Shown here: positions 35,111 through 44,266 of the stretch, piece by piece | Layout of the letters: each line of letters begins with the position of its first letter | Position numbering within the stretch: position 1 is the stretch's first letter | DNA from: Octopus bimaculoides | Taxonomy: Eukaryota | DNA length: 44,266 nt | Assembly (NCBI RefSeq): GCF_001194135.2 | Contig: NC_068996.1 | Coordinates: forward strand, 51,071,408 to 51,115,673 | Direction of reading: 5' to 3' | The notes under the pieces: generated by a model | Seen by the model: the letters and a program-made list of their open reading frames with translations, nothing else | Database searches by the model: none | What the model was told of the DNA's origin: nothing | Translations under genes and position numbers: made by a program

Positions 35111-35639
35111 CTATCAACCTGCTGTTAAATCTTCCGGCGTGGTCAGCCTTAAACTGGTTCCTTCCTTCTCAATTAACCTGTTGTACTCTTTCAGCTTCTT
35201 TGGCTCAATCTTCACTTCCCGAACTTCTAACGCATCAGTAGTTAAACCTTTTCCAGTTGCTGACGCATAACCCCTGGCATGTGCTGGAACTGGTTCGTAC
35301 TCCATCCTTCCTTTTCTTCTCCACTTCACCCATAAATGGGGAAGTAAACAAATACAAAATCACACACCCGTAGGCAACAGTAATTTAAAAAAACAGCAAC
35401 ATTTTCAACAATTCTACAAATTAAATCATAAGTTCACCCTTACGGGAGACCTTCAACAAATAATTAACAATGCGACTTACGTCTAACAGGGATCAAATAT
35501 GATTTAACCGAACAGAAAAACACCACACTGTACCCTGCACTGTCAATGCGGCTGCGCCTTTATAAGGTTTAGGACGGTTCACTTGCTATCCCACAGGGGT
35601 GTCAGGATTTCACCGCAACATCTTCATAGTCAGAAGATA

Positions 35640-36055
35640 ATAGAATTCCCAACGATTGTTGACACTCTACAAAGTTCAGATGAGGCCACTATGGAATATT
35701 GATTTTACATCTGAGACGAGACTACAGCTCCACACACAAACATCCTAGACCACATCCGGAAAAAGTCCACTCGACTGATTAATATAAAGTCTCCCACACG
35801 CAAACATCCTCCAACTTCTGGCCCAAGGATGCATTATCTCATCACACTGCCTTTTAATTATTTTACTGCTATTATAATGGTGTCTGCCCTTTGGAGCATA
35901 ATCCCTCCTTTACTCAGGAATTCCTGCCATACTCACCTCTCCTCCTCTTGTGTTCTGTATCCCCCAGTAGCCTCGTATTAATTCCTGTGTCCAATCGTCC
36001 CTTCTTAGAACGTCAGCCCTCGGAATTTCCCCCACAATTACATCAGTCTAGGAGA
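35640..36055 (+). pseudogene. CR1/Jockey-like LINE 3' fragment
   Basis: QRLLTLYKVQMRP.MEY...ILDHIRKKSTRLIN...FYCYYNG; same type as 11010-11600. Confidence 0.75.
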
Positions 36056-36228
36056 GCTCATAAAGGTCATGGTACACTGTTCATTCTTCCAGGTTCAACA
36101 AATTCTAATTCAAAAAGAAAAGTATTATATATTTTATTATGGTTATTTTATGTTCTTTCTCTAATTTAATTACTTTTTTATTGTCTTCAATGTACAATGT
36201 ATCTTTTTCCAGTATCATACATAGTAAT

Positions 36229-36580
36229 ACTGGAGCTGTGGCCTCCCTACACAGAAAACCCTGTATTACGGACATGTGATCACAATCATAAGATAATGAG
36301 TTCGATTCCCGAATCAGGCTGTGTGTTGTGTTCTTGAGCAAGACACTTTATTTCTCGTTGCTCCAGTTCACTCAGCTGTAGAAATGAGTTGCAATGTCAT
36401 TGGTGCCAAGCTGTATCAGTCTTTGCCTTTCCCTTGGATAACATCAGTAGCATGGAGAGTGGGAGGCTGGTGTGCATGGGTGACTGATGGTCTTCCATTA
36501 ACAACCTTGCCCGGGCTTGTGCCTCGGAGGGGAACTTTCTAGATGCAATCCCATGGTCATTCATGATCGAAGGGGATTCT
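36229..36580 (+). mobile_element. tRNA-derived SINE with a CORE-like central segment
   Basis: B-box gagttcgattcc, followed by gttgtgttcttgagcaagacactttatttc...ctccagttcactcagctgtagaaatg. Confidence 0.7.
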
Positions 36581-36594
36581 CGTTTTGATTAGAA

Positions 36595-36810
36595 TATTAC
36601 TGGACAGAATTGCAAGACGGATTCTTTAAGCTAAGCCATCCTGCAGGAGACCTAGCAATAGACCAAGAATGAGATGGTTGGATAATATCCATAGACTCAA
36701 TTGGTCATACTTGGGAATACAACCGGAAAATTTGATGATGGCAGCTTTTGATAGGATCTCATGGAGGAGATGCCTGAGGATCCTACCTCCACGGGAGAAG
36801 ACGGACGGTT
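36595..36810 (+). pseudogene. RTE-type LINE 3' fragment followed by (GGAT/GGAC)n
   Basis: RIARRIL...RPRMRWLDNI...LGIQPENLMMAAFDRISWRRCL. Confidence 0.8.
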
Positions 36811-37965
36811 AGATGGATGAATGGATGGATGGATGGACGGACGGACGGACGGACGGATGGATGTTTCTAAGAAAGAACACGTAGAGATCTAGGTGTTTGC
36901 ATGAACCTAAAAATTTAAGGCAGAGAAAGAGATATGGTAAGTACACGAACGAACGGGATTTCTTCGAATATTAAAAAAAAAAAATTCTATTTTAAAATCG
37001 AGCGGTTATTCGTCAATGAAATTTTCTGAAACATTTTCTTAAGAAATTTCAGTCAAATTACGCCATGTTTTTCTGATTTAGTCGCCATTTGCATTCTATA
37101 CCTCACAATAAACTTCTGCAAATGATTTCTCCAGTATATATGTAGACATTGTCATCAAATGTACCAGGTAACCAACAGCCATCGCAATCAATATAATAAT
37201 AAAAATGATAACAATAGAAATAAAGTCTGATTTTATCAGGTAATAAAAATAAGAATAAAGATTTATTGATTATTCCAACGTGAAGTGAGTTTGGCTGCTA
37301 GACATAAAAACAATAATGCAATTTGTAATTCAGGGGACTGAATAACCGATTCAGTCAACTAGTTCTTATAACCATTATATACTTCCAATTAGATCCAAAA
37401 CTTCGGAAAGTATTGGTATTCGTGATCTTCAAAGGTTACTGAACTCTAAACATTCAATTAAAGACAATCCAAGAGTTTTAACATACGGCTCTTTAGTATT
37501 TCTCTAAACTTCTAGCTAAGTTAGAGATAATCAGTTTGCATAATTTTTTTGTTTTTTATATTTAGTTTAAACGAAATTTCGTTAATGAAATAAATACTTC
37601 CAGCGAAAGGCAAAATATTTTCTCCTGGGAGTGAAATAGTTATGCTATTTCATAAACCTTTATAGTATGAACGGCAGACATTTTTTTTTTCATCTGCTGC
37701 ATGAATGTCTGGTAAAAGACGCGGCTCTTTATAATAATGATGATAATAATAACAACAACAGCAACAACAATAATAATAATGATAATAATAATAATATTAA
37801 ATTCAAATTAAGACAAACGTAAATAAACAAACGAAGTTTGCTTTTAGAAGCGTTGAGATGTCTTAGAAAGTTAGAAGTGATTTTAAATTCTCAATCGCAG
37901 GATAATGCTAATGATATAGCCTGAACAGGATAAACTACACCTATTTTGCAGAGAAAAGTGTAGGT

Positions 37966-38039
37966 GGCTAGCTGTGGACACGAACTCACATCCCCGTGAT
38001 TACATGTCACGATGCTTTGACCGATTAAGCTAAACTACC
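37966..38039 (-). pseudogene. tRNA-Thr(TGT)-like pseudogene or tRNA-derived repeat head
   Basis: Cloverleaf with D stem gctt/aagc, anticodon stem cgtga/tcacg around loop caTGTaa, and a GTTCG T-loop. The T stem is defective, the acceptor stem has a mismatch, and U33 is A. Confidence 0.65.
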
Positions 38040-38247
38040 CACTACAAATTCCTTTGCAAATTAAGATATATAAATCTCGCTTTATGAGACGCTCTCATAT
38101 GTTAAATTCAAATTACGACAAAGGTAAATAAACAAACGAATTTGAATTCAAATAGGTGATTAAAAATTCAAAATTTCAGAAATCTAAACGTAAACTATGA
38201 ACGAGAGTAACCAGCGTCCATACGTTGATGGAATGACATCATCAGTT

Positions 38248-38248
38248 T

Positions 38249-38346
<98 letters not shown>

Positions 38347-38381
38347 AAGAAGAAGAAGAAGAAGAAGAAGAAGAAGAAGAA
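38248..38381. repeat. (AAT)n(AAG)n compound microsatellite
   Basis: Direct reading. Confidence 0.97.
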
Positions 38382-38384
38382 TGA

Positions 38385-39776
38385 TTTCTTTTATTTACCA
38401 CCAGGACGAAGGATGAGGGTGACAAAGCAGAGACATATAAAGTGTGTGGGTTTACAAATAATGGAATGATAAAATAAAAAGAATAGATGTATTCATTAGA
38501 AGAAGGGAAGTATACATAGTATATAACACTAGAAAAAAGTGATCCTTAGAATTCCCCCTGATACAGGAGGACTTGTAAGGATAATAAATGAACCCTCACC
38601 ATCCAAGATCACTCTGAGTACCAAGGACGAGAGCCCTCCCAGACTTCTTTCTTCCGACTCACAGGTCTACACTGAAAGTGGTACCATCCACCCTTGTCAT
38701 TTTTGCAACTTAACGCCCCCCCCCTCCTTTTCATAAATTCACTCGAGGACAACACCTCCTTCTCCACTCATTTTCCTTTTCAAGTGAAACTTGAGAAATT
38801 CGATGAGGGCTTTACCAAAGAGGAATGTTTTCTGTCCTCATTCCTTTCAGCCTCGTCTACCAGATAACCTGTTTTGCAACAGCCGCCAGACAAATGTAAA
38901 CTACCTTACCTGCCCGATTAAAGGAAGGCAATCACCATTATGGACTCGGCTGACAGATGGACCCGTCCCACACGCAACAGCAGCTGTTCGACATAACTCC
39001 ACAAGTCAGCAATGTCCGAACACTGGACGAGTGCATTGCAGCGTCACTCTGCGAGCACCTCGGACAAGTCCATCTGACAGCACATCTGTGCCTACAGAGT
39101 TTATCTGAAACCGGTAGTGCCCCACCCCGCCACTACCCCGATAGCGCAGCCAGGCCAAAGACATCTGGAAATTACCCATAAAGGACCCCGACTGTTTGTC
39201 TTCGTCGACGTCTAGAGCTCCCCGAGGATACCGTCGCACTTACTCGCTACTAATCCTCGGTATATAGCTAAAGTGGAACATCTACCGATCCTTCTGTCCG
39301 ATTTGTGAAGGACAGTGAGCGCCTGATGACATTCTAAGTGCCAGGTGCCCAGTCTCGACCTGTCCTTTACATCGGACTGCAGCTCCGTCAAGAAGACGAG
39401 CTGCAGAAAGGCGTGTCTCACAAACGGAGCCTACACACATCCACCTTCTACAAATCGTTGAAGGTGACGCAACCTGAGTGCGTTTCTGCACATCAAAAGC
39501 CATGGCATGCCTAAGCCGTCACGTAGAGTGAGTCGGCGGCAGACTGCTCGCCGGACCATTGGAACGCGTCCGTTCTACAAGAAAATAAACAGGATACGCT
39601 CCAATCTAATCAAGCAGTAACTGGGGAAAGGCACAACGGTTAGACGATAAATGATGACCGAGGTGATGTAGGCACTTGCCACCTCTGCCCCACCTTTCAG
39701 GGACAACGTCCTCTCTGCTCATTTCTGAGTAAAGCAGGCCACCCTGTTGGTCACCTCTTCCCAATTCTTATCCACC
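38385..39776 (-). pseudogene. 5'-truncated Tx1/L1-clade LINE with 3' UTR
   Basis: The minus frame has PVSDKL...CPRC (zf-RVT-like). It is homologous to 40764-41680. The 3' end reads catccttcgtcctggtggtaaataaaagaaa. Confidence 0.85.

Positions 39777-39845
<69 letters not shown>
39777..39845. repeat. Pure (TAA)n tract between two LINE 5' truncation points
   Basis: Direct reading. Confidence 0.97.
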
Positions 39846-39846
<1 letters not shown>

Positions 39847-40610
39847 CGCTACAAAAAGAGACCGAGAGCACTATACTGGCGAATCAAGACCAAGCTTTGG
39901 CCACGAACTGGAAGGTCAACCTTAGGAATGAGCAAGTGTTTCCGCTGTGCCGCATCTGCGATAGAGTAAATGAAACCATTGCCCATATCACGACCGAATG
40001 CCCTAGACTCGCCCCAAACCACTACAAGTTGTGGTGACATGATAAGGTAGCGAAAGTGTTACATTGGAAACTGTGCAAAAAGTGGAGGCTAGAAAGAGGC
40101 AAGATGTGGTATGAGCACAAACTGTAGAGAGTGGCAGAGTTGGAGACTAGCAAAATCCCGTGAGATTTCCCAATTCAAACAGATCAAGTGCGAGAGCATA
40201 ACAGACCAGACCTAGTGGTGGTGGACCAGGTGCACCACATGTGCTATATAATTGGTATTGCATGCCCTTTTGTCCCACGAATAGTAAGTAAGAAGGCGAA
40301 AAGATAGATACAACGCTCTTAAGTACGGATTAGCCCAGATATGGAAAATGAAGAAAGTGAAGATAGTGCCAATTACTGTTGGGTTCTTGGGAACAGTATC
40401 AGAAGGCATCAAGGAGAATGTAAAGGAAATTGGAATAGTGTGCCAAGTAGAAGTATAGCATAAGGTTTGCTCTCTTGGCACGGCCAGAATAATCAGGAAA
40501 GTATTAGATAGCCGAAAAGAATGGATAGCATGGCACCGTAGGCTGCAGGTAGTAAGCCCGCTATGCATGCAAGACCCCAGGAGTTCCAACAAAACCCGTG
40601 ATAAAGAGAA
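39846..40610 (+). pseudogene. 5'-truncated Dong/R4-like LINE (CCHC plus REL endonuclease)
   Basis: LQKETESTILANQDQAL...CRICDRVNETIAHITTEC...HDKVAKVLHWKLC...HNRPDLVVVD, with stops. Confidence 0.9.
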
Positions 40611-40679
40611 ATAATAATGATAATAATAGTGGATACGGTGTGATGTCTTAAGTAATAACAACAACAATAATAATAATAA

Positions 40680-40763
40680 TTTCTTTTATTTGCCACCAGG
40701 ACGGAAGGGGACAATACAAAGACAGACATAAAATGTGGGAATGGTTAAAAAAAAAAAAGAAAT
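40680..40763 (-). mobile_element. Short 3'-terminal fragment of the Tx1-like family
   Basis: The minus strand reads tctttgtattgtccccttccgtcctggtggcaaataaaagaaa, followed by ttattattatt. Confidence 0.8.
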
Positions 40764-41680
40764 AGGATCGGTGGATGTTCCAGTTTAATTATATAGAGAG
40801 GATTAGTAGCGAGGAAGTGCGACGACATCCTCATGGAGATCCTGGGCGTCAATAAAAACTAGTCTGTTCCGGAGGACTTTCCGGTCGGGGACTACTATGG
40901 TTAATTTCCAGATGCTTTTGACCTGGCAGCGCTACCGGTTCGAGATAAACTCTACAGATACGGATGTCCTGTTAGACAAGCTTGTCCGAGGTGCGTGCAG
41001 AGCAATGAAACCGTTCTGCATGCATTCGTTCAGTGTCTGAGTTTTGCTAAATTGTGGAGTTATGTCGATCGGCTGCTATCATGCGTGGGAGAAAAGATCC
41101 ATCTGTCGATCGAGTCCGTAGAGTCGATTGCCCCGCTGGCTTCCTTTAGTCGAGCAGGCAAGGCAGTTTTCCTTTGCCTGTTGGCTGTGGCGAAAGAGGT
41201 TGTCTGCAAGACAAGTCTGTAAGGAACGGGGACAGAGACATTCCTCTTTGATAGAATTCTCATTGATTTCTTCAAGTTTCACTTGAAATGGAAAGTAAAG
41301 GTGGAGAGGGAGAAGCTGTCCTCGGGTGAATTTATAAAAAGGTGGGTGAAAGTTGTGACACTGGCAAGAGTGGGTGATACCGCTCTATGTGTAGACGGGT
41401 GAATCGAAGGAAAGGAGTTGGAGAGGGACATGCCCTTGGTATTCAAGGAAATCTTGGATGATGGGGTTATTCAATTATCCCTAGAGGTCCTCCTGGATCG
41501 GAAGGACCCTATCAATATCTTCTCCCCCAGCCTTACTATCATATACTATGTATACTTCCCTTCCTTTAATGTATACCGTGTATACTTTTCTGTGTTTTTT
41601 TTCTTTTAATCATTTCATTATATATAAAACCCCTACACTTTATGTATGTCTTTGTATTGTCCCCTCATCCTTCGCCCGGT
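40764..41680 (+). pseudogene. 5'-truncated Tx1/L1-clade LINE
   Basis: ALPVRDKLYRYG...CPRCVQSNETVLHAFVQC...LWSYVDRLL (zf-RVT-like) plus a 3' UTR homologous to 38385-38650. Confidence 0.88.
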
Positions 41681-41859
41681 AAAATGCATTAGCAATATTT
41701 CGTCTATCTTCATGTTCTGAGTTCAAATTCCGCCGAGGTCGACTTTCTCTTTCATTCTTTCGGGATCGGTGAATTAAGTACCAGTCAAATACTGGAGTCA
41801 ATGTGATCGACTATACTCCTCCCCACAAATTTCAGGCCTTTTGCCTATAATAGAAAGGA

Positions 41860-41860
<1 letters not shown>
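41673..41860 (+). mobile_element. Family A SINE lacking its 5' head
   Basis: gagttcaaattccgccgaggtcgact...gcctataatagaaaggaa, followed by (TTA)n. Confidence 0.9.
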
Positions 41861-41925
<65 letters not shown>

Positions 41926-41997
41926 GTTGTTATTATTATCATTATTATTATTATCATTATTATTCTTATTATTATTATCATCATCATCATCATCATT
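41860..41997. repeat. (ATT)n/(ATC)n microsatellite (expanded SINE tail)
   Basis: Direct reading. Confidence 0.97.
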
Positions 41998-43524
41998 ATA
42001 TGTTTGACTTTTTGCTTTGCATCTGTACAAGTTGGATCCAAGTCTCACCCAGAAACCTCAAGAGACAACAAGTTAGAAGTTCATGTAGGTGTTATGCCTA
42101 GGGTGCCATATATTTGGTTTTGTACATTGTATTGTTATACAGAATGTTTAAGAAAACGTAAGAAAATTATGTGTTTGCTTTAAAATTTGAGATCACATAG
42201 ACAGTATTTTACGTAGGATATGGGCAGTTCCCATGAGCACTATCTTTTGAATTTCTGCCATTTTGGGGTTTCCTGGTTTCTGTGCTAGGTAGTAATCAGC
42301 CCCTTTTGCTATCATTTCGAGGGCACATATGACAACAAGTATTGTTTTAGTCTTCAGGTTCCACATTTTGCTAATTTCTATTTCAAGATCTTTATATTTG
42401 CTCAGTTTTTGGTAGGTCTTGACAGATACGTTTATATCGATTGGGACAGTCATATCAATGAGGAGACATGATTTTTGTCTGAAGTCTTTCAGTATGATGT
42501 CTGGCTTATTTGCATCTATCTTTCTGTCAGTTTGAATGGTGAAGTTCCAGAGGAGTGAGATGTGATCATTTTCAAGCACTGGGGGTGGTTTGTGTTCCCA
42601 CCAGTTTTTATCATGGGGCAGGTCCAGGTTTTTGCAAATTACCCAGTGAATATATTGTGCAGCTCTATCATGCCTGTTGAGATACTCTATAGGCACAAGA
42701 AAACTGCAGATGGAGACGACATGATCAATGGTTTCATTTTGTTGTTGACATACACAACATATTGGGGAGCTGCCGTTCTTTAATATGTTGGCCTGGTAGT
42801 TCTTTGTAGGTAGGCATTGATCTTGAGCTGCTATGATAAACCCTTCTGTTTCTGATTTTAAGCCAGAATAATAGCGGTTCTGTGGCATTTTTTACATACC
42901 ATGCTATGTTGTTTTCTTCTGCTCTAATGCTGTGTTCGCATCCAATAAGTCCTCTTCCCCCTCTTTTTTCTTCGTACATACAGTTTGTCTGTGTCACTTT
43001 TTGGGTGGAGTGACCCATATCTACTCAGCAACTTCCTCGTCTTTCTGGCTAAGCTGTTTAGTTCGTCTACTGTCCATGTGATTATCCCCGCTCCATATCT
43101 AAGGAGTGAAACCGCCCAGATGTTGATAGCTTCGATCTTATTCCGTCCGTTTAATTTCGACTTAAGGATCAGTTTCAGTCTGCGCAAGTACTCCACCTTA
43201 AATTTTTCTGTCATTTCTTTCTCCATCAATTTATCCATTTCCAAAATCCCCAAGTACTTATAGCCTGCCTCTTCTATCAGCTTCAAAACTTTCCCCGACG
43301 GTATCGATAACCTGTCCATACATTTGACTTTACCTCTCTTCAATACTAACACACCACACTTTCTCAGTCTGAACACCGTTCTGATATCAGCACTGAAGGT
43401 ATACACCGTATCAACGAGGGAGCTGACTTGGGGTTCATCTTTACCATAAAGTTTGAGGTCATCCATGAATAACGAATGGTTGATTTTTTGCTGGCGGCTT
43501 TTGAATACATACACAGCTTTTTAC
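41998..43524 (-). pseudogene. 5'-truncated Dong/R4-like LINE: RT C-terminal half, CCHC and REL endonuclease, frameshifted
   Basis: KINHSLFMDDLKLYG...KYLGILE...AVSLLRYGAG...RGGRGL; ETEGFIIAAQDQ...ETIDHVVSIC...RHD; KPDII...IDMTVP...KLSKYKDL. Confidence 0.93.
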
Positions 43525-43525
43525 T

Positions 43526-43562
<37 letters not shown>

Positions 43563-43609
43563 CCATCATCATCACCATCACCACCACCATCACCATTACC
43601 ATCATTATC

Positions 43610-43641
<32 letters not shown>

Positions 43642-43642
43642 C
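43525..43642. repeat. (CAT/CAC)n microsatellite
   Basis: Direct reading. Confidence 0.97.
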
Positions 43643-44004
43643 TGGTGCTGAACATTACTCATACGTTTCACAATGTTGCCAAATACTAATATAAGAATTA
43701 TCTTGTTTACCTTTACTATCTTCGTTCTATTGAATATCATCAGGAATTAGCGATTTCTTTTTTCTGTTTTTTTTTTTTTTTGCTGTTTGTGTCTGATGTA
43801 CATAAACGACGCGCGTGACCGTGTCTACATGTCATTTTTACTTGCTTCTTACTTTCTTCCATTTCCATCACAATTTGGTTGATTGAATAAATAAATAAAT
43901 AAGTAAATAAATAATAAATAAGTAAATACGTAAATAAATAAACTAGTTATTCAATGTTAATCTCTGCTTGCATCACGCGTCCTGAGCAGCCACCGACACA
44001 TACG

Positions 44005-44102
44005 TTGCGTGTGCGTGTGTGTGAGTGTGTGAGTGTGTGTGTGTGTGTGCGTGTGTGTGTGCGTGTGTGAGAGAGAGAGGGAGAAAGAGAGAAAAAGAGA
44101 GA
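44005..44102. repeat. (GT)n(GA)n microsatellite
   Basis: Direct reading. Confidence 0.9.
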
Positions 44103-44235
44103 AATAAACCATTGCTACATCGCAAGGATAGTACTAAGGATTTTGTTTGTGAGTCAACCTCTACCCTATATTTGTATGTGTGTATAATATATATGTTACA
44201 CAGCCTTGGTTTTTTTTATCTCATTACGAAATCCT

Positions 44236-44266
<31 letters not shown>

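Noticed and set aside
37336-37364. 8-bp hairpin followed by CTAGT as a Helitron 3' end
   Set aside because: The hairpin is only 2 nt from CTAG and is not GC-rich, and no 5' end was found.

Overview
AT-rich, microsatellite-dense eukaryotic DNA with four assembly gaps (5333-5417, 14233-14629, 28385-29123, 31547-31556). The SINE families resemble repeats I recall from octopus assemblies, so a cephalopod origin is likely (recollection, not a search result). There are two domains. (1) About 1-27.8 kb is visibly CpG-poor and holds the 3' part of an unidentified + strand spliced gene. Its best-supported junction is 14646->15826, giving EHRIHVIDRVLFPDKD..., with a stop at 16058. The introns carry tRNA-derived SINEs, piggyBac-type and Tc1/mariner-type MITEs and decayed LINEs. 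(2) About 28-44 kb retains CpG and is mostly retroelement debris: Dong/R4-like, Tx1-like, RTE, CR1/Jockey-like and HERO-like fragments, plus an intact 561-bp MITE with 37-bp TIRs and an 8-bp TSD. The most notable structure is a microsatellite-centred pile-up at 38.2-43.6 kb. There, REL-type and Tx1-type LINEs and a SINE family abut (AAT/ATT)n-type tracts in family-specific orientations. Almost all ORFs in the supplied track are artefacts of microsatellites, gaps or TEs.
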